A stretch of DNA of 64,000 nucleotides. Source: Octopus sinensis. Taxonomy: Eukaryota. Location of the stretch: contig NW_021833018.1 of the NCBI RefSeq assembly GCF_006345805.1, forward strand, positions 124,001 to 188,000, given 5' to 3'. Below the pieces are notes generated by a model. It worked only from the letters and a program-made list of their open reading frames with translations, had not been told where the DNA came from and searched no databases. The position numbers were made by a program, and so were the translations under genes. This document shows, piece by piece, positions 39,400-51,146 of the stretch. Position 1 is the stretch's first letter. Every line of letters begins with the position of its first letter.

Positions 39400-41840
39400 C
39401 ATCAGATATTAAAAGTTAACTTAACCATTCATCCGAAATGGACCCCGCCAACATTATCGACGTTGCGTTGGCTCTCACGAAGTTCCTTTTTCTTTCACTT
39501 CTTTGATTTCACGACATGTATCACAGGAACTAACAAATGATTTCGATAGCAGAAGTTTGAAATATAATGGCGTTTCGTCACAATTAAACATGTTCGTAAG
39601 TCCATAAATTTTGAGATAATGAAGGCAACAATGACCTGTCAGAAAACTTGACCTCTCCACAAAGAGTTTTGAATAATAGTTCATGCCTTTTTTGGAACGG
39701 TCCAACTAACTATTTTACGCTTTAAACCAGGGCTGGCCAACCCAAGGCCCGCGGGCCGCATGCGGCCCGCGATGGAGTTTGGTGCGGCCCGCGAGAGAAA
39801 TTTTGTATGTAGTTAACCTATAAATACATTCAAGATAAATTTTTCTTAAGTTTAATAAATAAAGATAAATTTTATAAGTTTAATAAATTTTAAAGTTTAT
39901 CTATTTTTGTAGCTGTTATCAATATGAAGAAAAGGAAAATTTTTGAAGAAAACAGGCAATTCAGCAATCATTGGGAAGAAGATTACTTTTTTATAATGCA
40001 TAATTCCAAGCCAACATGTTAATTTGCAAGGAGAAAGTATCGGTGGTGAAAGAGTACATGTAAGAAGACATTATGAAACAAAGCATTCCGAATACGCGAA
40101 ATTTAGTAAGGAATTGAAAAAGAAGGAAACTGGATTCGCTTAAATCTGAATTGAGAAATCAGCAAGACTATTAATTCATCGATACACTTCTTTCTGATAC
40201 GTTAAGCAAGCTACTCTGTTGCAATGATAATTCTGTTATGAAATGTTTATCCGACAATGGAGCGAATTAGAGACCCTTGCTGGATTGACAACAGATGGGG
40301 CGCCGGCTATGATTGGAAGAAATAAAGGAGTTTAAGCTAATAATGGATGAGATGGAGTCAAGAAGCATAAAAAATGATTTATTTGTATACACTGCTTGAT
40401 ACATCAACACAATTTGTGCGCGCAAGTGTTGTCTATGAACCATGTTATGAGTGTGGTTGTAAAAACTATAAACTTCATTCGTTCTCATGCACTTCAACAT
40501 CGCCAGTTTAAAGAATTATTGAACGAGTTATATTCTCACTATGGTGATCTTGTGTATTTTTCCAATGTCAGATGGCTGAGTCGCGGAAAATGTTTAAAAC
40601 GTTTTTTCGACTTGAGAGAAGAAATCAAAAGTTTTATGATGCATAAGAAAACGACATTAACTGAATAAAATGATGAAGAATGGATGCTAGATCTGTGCTT
40701 TTTGGTAGATATAACCGAAAAAATTAATCAATTAAACAAGGAGTTACAAGGACAGGATAATTTGATTACTAATGCATGCCATCAAGTCAAAGCATTTCGA
40801 ATGAAATTGTCATTGTTTGAATGTCAAATAAGAAATGGAAATGATCAACATTTCTCAACGCTAAATCAATTTAAAATCAGCCATTGTAAAAATTTCTTCA
40901 AGTACGCTGATGAAATAAAAAATCTTGCTGCAGCATTTGACAGTCGATTCTCGAACTAAAAATATGAGAAAATGTTTGAAACATTTTCTTCTCCATTTCA
41001 TGTTGACGTTTCTATTGTTTCAAATACTTTGCAGACGGAATAATTGACCTACAGTGCAACAGTGACTAAGACTTGTTTATCCTACTATATCCAAAATTGA
41101 CTTATAACAAATATGTGACTGCAGAAAAATATCCCAACTTAAGATTTTTGCACAAAGAGTTGTAAGCTCCTTTGGATCTACTTACGTATGTGAATCATTC
41201 TTTTCGAAATTAAAGTTTAGTAAAGTAGATATAGATCTTCTTTAACAGATAAAAACTTAGAAACCAATTAAGATGTGCAACTAGTAATTGTGAAGTTGAT
41301 TTGAAAATTAAGTGAAGATAAAGAAAAACAGATTTCTCATTGATACGTATAATTGGACTGAATGCTATTTTACTAAATAAATCTTATCTGTGTTGTTTTG
41401 ATATCTATCCTTAGTATGTACATGTATATGCGGCCCGCGGAAAGGATTCATTTGGACAAGTGGCCCGCGATGCGATTTGGTTTGGCAGGCTGCTTTAAAC
41501 GAATTCAATTGAGTCTTTCGGCAATTTTTAATGCAATATTTTTTTAACAATCTTTCCGAAACTAGAATTGAATTATCCTTTAGATCTTGGAAAGCTAAGC
41601 TTGTCTATCTCCGATAAATTAGACAAGTTCAAATCATTTTGTATTGATTGGTCCGAAAGGCACTTATCTTGACTGATCATTAAAACATGTGAGACGCTTT
41701 TAAGCCGAGAAAAAGTACCTAAAATAAGTAAATAATTTACTCTACTTTTACTCGTGTTGTACTTTCTAGCAATTTCACGTTGGGGTAAAAAATTTTGGTC
41801 AAATTATTACTGGCATGGAGCAAAATAACTTCTCATAAAG
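39400..41840 (-). mobile_element. Degenerate pogo/Tigger remnant split by a hAT
   Basis: NMFNCDETPLYFKLL and F(K)A*NS*LDRSKK on minus strand; HTH-like part at 41500-41840. Confidence 0.55.
39728..41492 (+). mobile_element. Buster/SPIN-type hAT, degenerate GTF2IRD2-like transposase
   Basis: TIR CAGGGCTGGCCAA / TTGGCAGGCTG; perfect TSD CTTTAAAC; TTDGAPAM, HCLIHQ, VRWLSRG, FGSTYVCES. Confidence 0.92.
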
Positions 41841-42047
41841 TGAGGGTATCCCAAAACTGGGTCTGGCTTTAGGCGAGGTCGGACTTTATTGATAATGAAA
41901 ACTAATCAATTTTATAGACCTCCAGCTCAAAGTTACACTTTTCTTGTAGAAAATAATATTCGGTTTGATTTTTTAATTACTATTAAATAACTTTGTATCT
42001 GTAAGAGCTAATAAAAATAATAAACGATTGTATCCTTAGCAGCACGC

Positions 42048-42306
42048 ATGGAGAATATCGACGAGTTTCCAATATTAGTAATATTTTACAATTAAAATTT
42101 AGTTGAGTCAGGCATTGAACTCAGTCCAAGAAACCTTCGACAAAATGGCAAATTCAGTCTTGGCAAGAAATATCCTTTAATTATATTATCATATATTAAA
42201 TTTATTCCTTAACTATTTACTTGACGGATATAGCAGAAAAATTGAAGACCTCGAACGGGATATAAGTGGCTTGGTCGCTCAAGCAGGGACGGATTACAGG
42301 AGATAA
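42048..42306 (+). CDS. HSBP1: Heat shock factor binding protein 1 (60 aa, 3 coding exons)
   Basis: MENIDEFPIL^LSQALNSVQETFDKMANSVLAR^IDGYSRKIEDLERDISGLVAQAG; introns 42078-42102 (GT-AG) and 42170-42220 (AT-AC). Confidence 0.88.
42170..42220 (+). other. U12-type (minor spliceosome) AT-AC intron, 51 nt
   Basis: 5' ATATCCTTT, branch box TTCCTTAAC (42205-42213), 3' TAC; removal restores the HSBP1 frame. Confidence 0.9.
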
Positions 42307-42369
42307 ATAAATTATTAACTTAAATTAACTTTTTAATTTAATGTTCATTTCTTCCTAATCTTGCCTGAA

Positions 42370-42975
42370 ACTCTTTTCCATCTTAGCGAGAGACAATTCC
42401 CGAACGAGTACGGGAATATTGTCATCCTGTCAGGCCTTTTGCCGTCTCCCCGATCGAGTCCGACCGGTTCGAGGAGGCACGAATGGCCCGTCGATTCGAG
42501 ACCGGCCTTCACGATCTCATTAAGGGTCTTGTGTCTGTGTTTCCTTCCTGCGCTCCTCTTGCAGGAAAGTGGGTGCAGTCCCTTTTCGTCAACGGCCTCA
42601 CCGCATCTGCAGCGGTGTTTTGCGCAAACATCCAGGCCGAGACGGTGAGCGACTCCGATGCGAATGGCAACATCGTCTAGCCACGTCCCGATACTGGAAA
42701 GAGGGAGAAAATTCAGCCAGCTGCCAGAGTGAGGGGCGGATGCCGCACGAAGGCATGCCAGGCGGTGTTGGTCAAGGGTTACCGAGAGCTCAGACACACG
42801 CGCTCGGCATGCGATAGTGTCCCAGGCACGTTGGGAGGAGAAATCTCCAGGCCTCTCAGAAAAAGGAACGATCCCAGGTAGTAAGCCCATCCGAAAAAGC
42901 ATCGTCCAGGCAAGATCCGAAAGGTTTGAGTAGGATCTCAGAGGCCAGGTTGTTGCACATCGAAAGGGAGGATAG
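42370..42975 (-). mobile_element. CRE-clade retrotransposon fragment
   Basis: [46 protein letters not shown]. Confidence 0.85.
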
Positions 42976-43085
42976 ATATGCCAGAAGTTTCAAATCTGGT
43001 GAAGTATCAATAACTCTTTTCCTTATTAATATATAATTAGTTGATTATTCATTGATAATTAAAATTATTGATATATATATTCGTG

Positions 43086-43768
43086 ATGGTATACATTTTC
43101 TTGTTGGTACCATTGTTTTACACAATTTCAAATTACGGTGTTCATGTCCAACCAAACTCAAAAAGATGTTTCCACGAAAATGTCGTTTCATCAGCCGAAA
43201 CCAGAATAAAGTTCAAATTCGAAGTACTTGAAGGTGGACTCCGGGACATTGATGTAACTGTATGCCTTTGTTCATAGTCAATTGTCAGTTAGTTGGCCCG
43301 AAAAAGAGTAAAATTTATTCTCAGCAGCGAAAAACCTCAGAAATTGTCGAATTTACGCCTGAATCGAGCGGTTTATATGAAATATGTTTCACCAATGAGT
43401 TCTCCACTATTTCAACAAAATATATCATGTTTACTTTCCAAGTCGAAGGTCCTAACCAACAAAATATAGAAACTAATTTTATAAACTCAAGTAACATAAA
43501 AAAATATTTTTTAGCAAAAATGATTTCATTTCTTAAACAAATTATGACGAATCTTCGACAGATAACAGATGAACAAGAATTTCTTGTAAATCGTGTCACT
43601 GGGCACTATCAGGGTATGCATCGCTGTATTCTTCTATTTGCAGTGTCTCAAATAACAAATCGGTATATCTACGCTTTCGCCATGTCAATTTTACTTATTT
43701 TGGTTTTAATGATTGGAATGCATGTTTGGTATATTAAAAGGTTTTTCGAATGTCGGCGATTTATTTAA
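43086..43768 (+). CDS. p24/TMED (emp24/gp25L) cargo receptor, TMED2-like
   Basis: Signal peptide; KRCFHE..FEVLEGGLRDIDVT^; GLYEICFTNEFSTISTK; coiled coil; TM; WYIKRFFECRRFI*. Confidence 0.85.
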
Positions 43769-45494
43769 ATAATTGTAATTAATTGGGAAATTCCTTTTAA
43801 TATAATTTTCAAAAGGAAATATGATAAAAATTATTTATTCTTGTTAGTATCGATTTATATCTCTAACATTAAACAATAAGTAAACAAGAGAACTAATGAA
43901 GTCGGTAACTTCTTATGAATAACTTTCATATTCACTACCTGATGAGAAAAACGATATTTTCAAATTTTGAATTTTTTTTCAATTGTGAGTTTGTAGAACA
44001 AAATGATAAGAGAACCATGTTTATCAGAAAATTACTGGCGAATAAATAAAAAGACTCAATTTTAAGAATGGAAAACAGTTTTCGCATGGATTAGATTGAG
44101 AAGAATATGGTGCATCAAATTTTCGTATAGTATAGTAGGCACTCGAAATTTCCTTGTTTTTATGGAATTGTTCTCAATTGTTAACATGACGTTGAGTAGA
44201 GAATCAAAAACTCGTTTTCAAGAAATCATATTTACGAAACCTCTTGACTTTAATTTGTTTTAGGCGATATTTTGAGATAATACCTACTTCAAATATGATA
44301 ATTTCCTCTTTAATTTTCTTGTGAATAAAAGTGGCTGATTTGTTGAACTAGATCTTTGTTTCAGACAGAATCGACGCATCAACTCTGATTAAAACATTAG
44401 GTTTTACGGTATTGGCTGAACCGAACTTCTTTGCAACTTTCTTGTTTTTTTTAATTCCATGGATTTGGCACAAATGAATACACTTTATAACTTCATTGCG
44501 TCACAACTTCATTGTCGCTAACTATGGTCTTCACATAGTTTACAATCCAGAGCGATATCCCAACCATCTAATGCATGAAATAGGAAATCATGATCAACAG
44601 AATTCAAGGCTTTACTAACATAACCCAAGCATGGTGAAAACATTTCTAATCTTCTTATTTAAGCGTTGATATATAGACCCCACGCCCTAGCTCGTTATCA
44701 TGAATTACCCAAACGTATCCACGAAATCTAAACGTTTTGCATTCTGATGCACCCTCGTTCTCTATGTGCTTATCATACCAGAAGTCTCCATATAAACGAG
44801 TGCGAAGATATTTTGATCACCGAATTTATTATACTTCTTCAACTTTCCACCTTTTAAGACTATAAATCATGAGCACCAATTTTCGATAATAATGCTTTTA
44901 GAACCAAATAAGGTCAACTATCAAATCATTATACGTCTGGGACAAAGCATTTAGAATTATATAAGTCATCTAATCATGCTGTTTCTCGTCTATCTGCTCT
45001 AGATCGATGGACTCTAACTGATTTGGAAACCTCGCCAAATCTAGCAATAAACAACACTGAAAGCATCAAAGAAGTTGCTAGTCGTAAATTTCCTCTATAT
45101 CGTCGATATCCAACGGAGAATTGGAGTGATGTGGAATGAAAAGAAAGTTTTTTATTCCTTCTAGATATCATAATCCTGCAAGAACGTTAAAGACCGTTAG
45201 GAGCTTTTTTGAATATCCTTAATGTCCAAAGTTTCAGAATTCTGAAAAACAATAGACAACAAAATTCCATTAACCGCAACATAGTGTGTGCTCAACTAGT
45301 ATATTGAGTGGCTTTGAAATCTCCATTTTTCTTGAATTTCAACAAATGGAATATATTGATATATGAAAAACGTGATATATGATTTTGCTCCTGAAAATAT
45401 TTGCTAAAATTCCAATCAAATTAAAAAAATTATAATTAGTTTGTGGTTATTAATATTAATTTGATTAAGTAGTTATGGTTAGATTTTAAGTTAT

Positions 45495-46251
45495 TCAAAT
45501 GAATAATGCCAAATTGTATAGTCCAAGAAGAAAGATCGTAATCTGATGTAATAAAAATGAATATCACCTTAGAAACCAGACTATTTGCATCACCTATGCT
45601 ATTAGTTTTGTAATTTTCTGGACACTCTCTTTGCTGAATGCAAAATGTTATTGACAAATTCCTAGGATCTAATTTGGGATTGGAAATATTCGCATCCTTT
45701 TCCCTGTAATGTTTATAATAAAGAATACAAACGCATTTGTCAATCCTAAAGTTTTATTATTGATGCAATCCTCACAAGATTTATATCGCTAGAATAATTT
45801 AATAGAAATAAATATCACCCTGAAACTCGGACTATTACCGTCGCTTATGCTAGTAGAATTGTAGTTTGGTGGACACTCATTTTGCTGAATGCAAAATGTT
45901 ATTGACAAATTCCTGGGATCTAATTGGGGATTGGAAGTGTTAGCATCTTCCATGCTATAATGTTCATTATGGGGAATACTAACGCATATGTTAATCCTAG
46001 AGTTTTATTATTGATGCAATCCTCACAGGATGAATATCGCTAAAATAATTTAATAAAAATACATCTCTGTTACGATTTTGATTAGTGTTCTAACGATTCA
46101 GTTAGAATAGACAAAATTACCCGAATGTTTTCTGTCTATGAATTAAAATTTACAAAATGAAAAAAACTTTGCATAAATAAGAGATTAACAAAATTCCTGA
46201 AAAGTGATTAACAAAATAATTACCTAAAATGATATTCATTTGACAAGACAT
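45495..46251 (-). CDS. Orphan 9-exon secreted, probably GPI-anchored, protein with two 64-aa Cys modules (~172-176 aa)
   Basis: Eight GT-AG introns of 23-32 nt give a stop-free frame: MNIILGILLISYLCK-TENIR-NTNQNRNRD-[RYxSCEDCINNKTLG..FCIQQxECP..]x2-ITIFLLGLYNLALFI*. Confidence 0.72.
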
Positions 46252-46369
46252 TTAATTGAAAATTTATTACACTTTGTGTTAACCAATTAAAAATTAGTTT
46301 AAAAATTCAATTGAAATTTTTTATTTAAATAAATTAAGCGTTCTATTATTAGTTTCACTAGAAAAAAAT

Positions 46370-46955
46370 GCTTGTTGGCGGATTGGCAGGGTATTACTTC
46401 GACTATAGTTAAGGAGACTCGTTCGCGCAGATACTCTTTACAAAAGTGACCCGATGTATTGTAGTAGGTTCTGAGTAGAAATTCCCTATATTCTAGACGT
46501 CTCCACTGCTAGAGGGACAAACGCTCTGCCATTCTTAATATCAGCATACTTTTCGCGCTTTATCCCTTCGACCGGTTCGGATGGGGCGCCAGGACTTTTG
46601 ACTGATATAACAAACATGTTTTGGGCGGAAAAGGAGTTCACGCACGTGATATCTTAAACCAAAAACTTTTCTCTTTAAAGGGAAAGCTTGTCATTCCGTC
46701 GGGCCTTCTGCCTTCCCCTGGAAAATTCTCCTAGGTTGCAGTTAGAGTAGAATTCAGCGATACGGAGACTACGAAGGATGATTAGTTCTGCATGTCTTGA
46801 CAAGCATCCAATTCCGCGACGGCATGGGAGGGGGTGTTAGCTGAACTCGTCATTCTGCACGCAGGGTTGGCATTGGTGCTTGCCCAATACGACTAGACCG
46901 AGGCGTAGGAAGATTCCGATCCTTACAGATTCGTCGTCCAGAAGCCAACCAGCAT
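46370..46955 (-). mobile_element. Degenerate 3' fragment of a CRE retrotransposon
   Basis: Minus strand EGRRPDGMTSFPFK..DITCVNSFSA..KREKYAD..QSVCPSSSG-like decayed RLE region. Confidence 0.7.
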
Positions 46956-47187
46956 TTTTTAATTTGTTAAATCACAAGCAGAAATTGGCAGAAAATTCTA
47001 GAAAGTTTATTAACCTAATCAAACAATGTTCTAAAAACGTAAGGTAACTATTAAAGTAATGTCACATCACTTTTAAAATACCATGACAGAATCGAATGAG
47101 TAAGAACTAAGTCCAATGCTAGCAAGAGTAAATGTGTGATAGAATAGTCGAAAGCCTAGGGGTATCATGACTAAAAATAAATTGTTT

Positions 47188-49886
47188 CTAACGGAAAAAA
47201 CGTGCAAGAAAAACAAAAAATAGTTTTTCCATAAATAATTCATTGTCGATGGATGCAATATGTGCCTTAAACCCAAAATCGGGAATTGTAGAAAGAAATG
47301 CTTGACTCGAAGCGCTGTATCTTATAAAGACACATCGACCGGCAGTCAGCAAAAATGATTCAAGAATGTTCAGTCTCATTTCTTCGTACACTTTAGCTAT
47401 AAATCAGAAAAAAGTCAAAAACCGAGTCGGGACGACTTGAGATTTGAGGGAAGAGGATCAAGACGAGCAGAGTGATAAGGAACATACTTGTCCTGGGGAA
47501 TGGACAAAAATATGACTGTTCGAAACATAGAAAGATTTTCCTGCATGCTCAACCGGTATAAAAGGCACTTCCGAGGGTCAGAATGATCTCTCAACTGTAG
47601 TTCATAAATTGACTGAGATTTTTTGTAATGTTGAATGAGATTTAAGCCTAACAATAACTTTTTTAAATTTGAATAAATGCTTTAATCATGAATATAATTA
47701 AAACTATTGCACTTATAGCAAAGCTTATAAATAAAAAAATTATAACCAGCATTTACAATCCAACTAGTATGTGGGATCAGCCCAAGGTGAGGACCAGCAA
47801 GAGATACGAATGTGTGCAGTAAATGAGTGAACCGAGCAAATTGGGGAAGAGAAACAACAATACGAGCAACAACACTGCCCATCGAATGGGCAATAAATGA
47901 AATACGAGCAGGAAAATGCTGCTTGCTGTCAATAAAATTAATAATTTCGTCCAGTAACAAATTAGCAGAATACTCCAATCCAAACAAACTTTTATTCTAC
48001 AATATAAGCACTGTAAATACATTTTGTATTCCGGTACAACAATAAAAAAGTAAAGGAATGGCTTCACCACACGACATTCTGGCATAAGCCTTGAGAAGAG
48101 ACAAGTCCCAACACGACCCTTTAATGAGTAATCGAAATAAACCCCCAAGTCCATGAATGGCAACTACAAGGTGGTATTCCGCAGTGATTTCTGTGTATAT
48201 CGAGTTATTAGTGAAGGAGGGTGGGTGGCAAGTAGATTTGTAGGAAAATCCGTCAAAGGTCATTCCTTCCGCCGATATATCAACGTTGTCCAATTTTCTA
48301 TCCTCGAATTGCAGTATTTTGGGGAGATGGCAATCCAACAGTACTTAAAATAAACTAACAATAATTATACTGTTAGACGCGTCGAAAGGCTTTCCTGGGT
48401 CGGGGGGCGACACATTTGTCAGTCGAGTGAGATGACCAGGCTTATCAGCAGTAGGGGTTAATGACAGAAAAGAGCAAATATTTCGCTTTTTCAGTCCATC
48501 AGCTTGCCAATGTGATATTACAGGTCGATGTAAACGATTAAACATATTCGAGAGCTCTAGTCATAATAAAATTCGAAAAGATTGATTAAGATAATATTAA
48601 CAATTGAAACACCTTTTGGAATAAATATTTCTTCCAAAATAACAATATCTCGCGACAAATCTACGTCAATCGACGAGAATGGCTGCTTTTCAATAGTTCT
48701 TGTTTGTCGGACTAAGAATTCCAACGAGCTGTCTACTCCTTCAATCAATTTGTCGAGAGACCTGCAGTTAAAAGCAATATTTACATAATTTTAAAAAAGC
48801 AGCCGTTCATTAGCCAATTGACCTTAAATTAAAAAATAAGGACAACTCTTATATAATGAGACTTTTGATTTAAATAAGCGCGACATGGCCAACTGGTGAG
48901 GTTGACCAATTGTTTCCAATAGTCATGGCTCATAGCCAAATAGTAGGAAGAATGTTTTATCAGAATCGAATACACTTCCTCTTCAGCTTTACCCTAAAAT
49001 TAAGCAAAGCACAATTTAAACGACGAGAGAGTTCATAATGTTGTTAACCATTGCATTCTTGTCTCCTATCACTATAAAATAGTTTGTCGACGGAATACTA
49101 CCAATTGGAGGGACATCATCCTTCAGGCCAGCAACAGTCAAAAGTTGTCGCAGAAACACGGACAGGAAAAAGAAGGCTGACAATATTCGATCAAACAATA
49201 TTCTGTAGGAGCTAACTAGTTGGTGCGTTTCGTTGTTGGGAACACTAAGAGGACATGAATGAAGAACACAACGGGCTAATCCCAATAAAGGTCCCATATA
49301 GACACATGTCAATCATGGAGGTCATTCTGCATTCGGGGAAGACTATGACTTTCCGATAATATAAAGTATGGTCGAGGAGTTGGTCCACGGTAAAGGATTT
49401 GTCGTACAACAAACTATCCGAGTTCATAACTGAGCCATGTCTAAAGAATAATATTAAACGAGTCATTCCTTGGGGCGTACAAAAGTGATATTTTAAAATT
49501 GAATGATAATTTATTGGCCTATAAATTGTTAAAATAATATTCACTTCGAGACAAGACATTGGCAAAGTAATTTCAAAATAGATTGGAATAAATCGTTTTA
49601 ATAAAGCGTTTCCTTCACTCTTATCGTGATAAATAACGTTTGAATACGCATGGTAAAAGTCACATTCCCGAACTTATGTTTAGTTTATAAAATTTTCACC
49701 TTTTCTAGATTCGGAATAGGAAGAATGAGAGGAGATTTGACACGTCCGTGGAATAAAAACTTCCACATAAAACCCATAATTACTTTTAAGTTTAAAATAA
49801 AAACTAAACCCAGCAAATAGTTGATCAATTAGAATCAGACGGTCTATGTTAATTTGTAAATAATAATTTGGAACGAAGGGATGCAT
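47188..49886 (-). CDS. FAM135: FAM135 family protein (C-terminal DUF676 alpha/beta-hydrolase); many short introns
   Basis: HLVVAIHGLG, ISFIAHSMG, LHTFVSLAGPHLG, LQLRDHSDPRKCLLYRLS, QDKYVPYHSAR, GFKAHIASIDNELFMEK; start tentative. Confidence 0.85.
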
Positions 49887-50179
49887 GCAACAAAATGAAA
49901 TATATTGGAAAAAGTCGATTAAATGTTTATTCCAAACTTGTTTTTCAATAATTTAAGAAATATTTAGTAATATATATAAATAATTATGAAAAATATTTTA
50001 GAAGATACATTAACAAAATCAATATAATTCTTATTTGCTTGATCTTTCTTATGCTACACATTAATCAAGAATGTCAACTGTGCGGACCTTTTATTTTTCC
50101 ATTCAAATGCCGTAATCGATAAATCAAAATTAAATTTGAAATTGGAAAAACCATTTTTTAACATAAACTTGAATAATAT

Positions 50180-51007
50180 TCTATTACGCCGGCTTCTCTA
50201 GTATGTAGGAAGCCGACTGCGATCAGGTAGCAAGAAGCAGAGATTGGGCGCCCAATAAGTGGTGACAGATGAGGAAGTCAAGGACAGGGAAAAAGATCTT
50301 CAGGGGTGAGGGAGCAGTGTGTTTCAAAAATGAGTGGATGATGTACCGAGCGAAGTTGTGCAAATCTGGACACGGAGGTATCTGTTGAGTAATTGCTCTG
50401 AAAGAAGTTTGTTATATTTGAGAAGTTTGTTATACGAAATGAGATGTCGTTTCTTCCCAGTTTTCCCATTGTTTGTCAGAAGTATTTTTGAGAGACATCT
50501 TTATTGATCGGCCAGAGTAGTGATATGTCGCGAGCCGAGAGTGAAACCGAGCCCAGACTGAAAAATTTGACAGCTGTAAAACACTCACAGCTCGCTATGA
50601 AATAAAAATCCACGTTAAAATAATTATTTTAGCCTAATGACCCAAATGAGGATGTTTGTCAAAGATGATGCAGAGTACAATCTACTTAAATCAGTTCTTG
50701 AAGCTCAAGACGTGGATTTTTCGAAAGTTAAAAAATTACGTTCAGCTTTCGTTTGACTTTGGTGGAAAATGAACTAAACGTGTTGCGTAAAAGATAGGCA
50801 TTGCGATTCCAAGGATTTTCGGGTTTTTTACAACAGGAATTCTTTCACCGGCCACGTAGAGGGTTAAGTTTAGGTTGAATTGTCGTTTATCAGAGGTAAA
50901 AACAGTGATGGACAATTTGGACGCCGAAGGAATCATATGGTTAAATGTTAGCCATTTGGTCAGAAAGTCTACCTGAGTTTGGAATGAACTAGTTGTTAAT
51001 GATATTA
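50180..51007 (-). mobile_element. LINE remnant (post-RT and 3' part); outermost host of the nest
   Basis: SKLSITVFTSDKRQFN..IPVVKNPKILG; ISRSVCHHLLGA and FAQLRS-like 3' fragments. Confidence 0.55.
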
Positions 51008-51146
51008 TGTCACGAGCCTAGGTCGTTACCGAGCTTAGGTCGTTACACTTATGGACTTAGAAAAAAATTCAAAAAAATATTTGAATTCAATTTCAAAATC
51101 GACTTTGTCAAAATAAATATTATAAAATGACAAATACTTAAAACGA

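Noticed and set aside
43900-45300. Possible decayed integrase or other TE sequence
   Set aside because: No continuous motif or boundaries that I can support.
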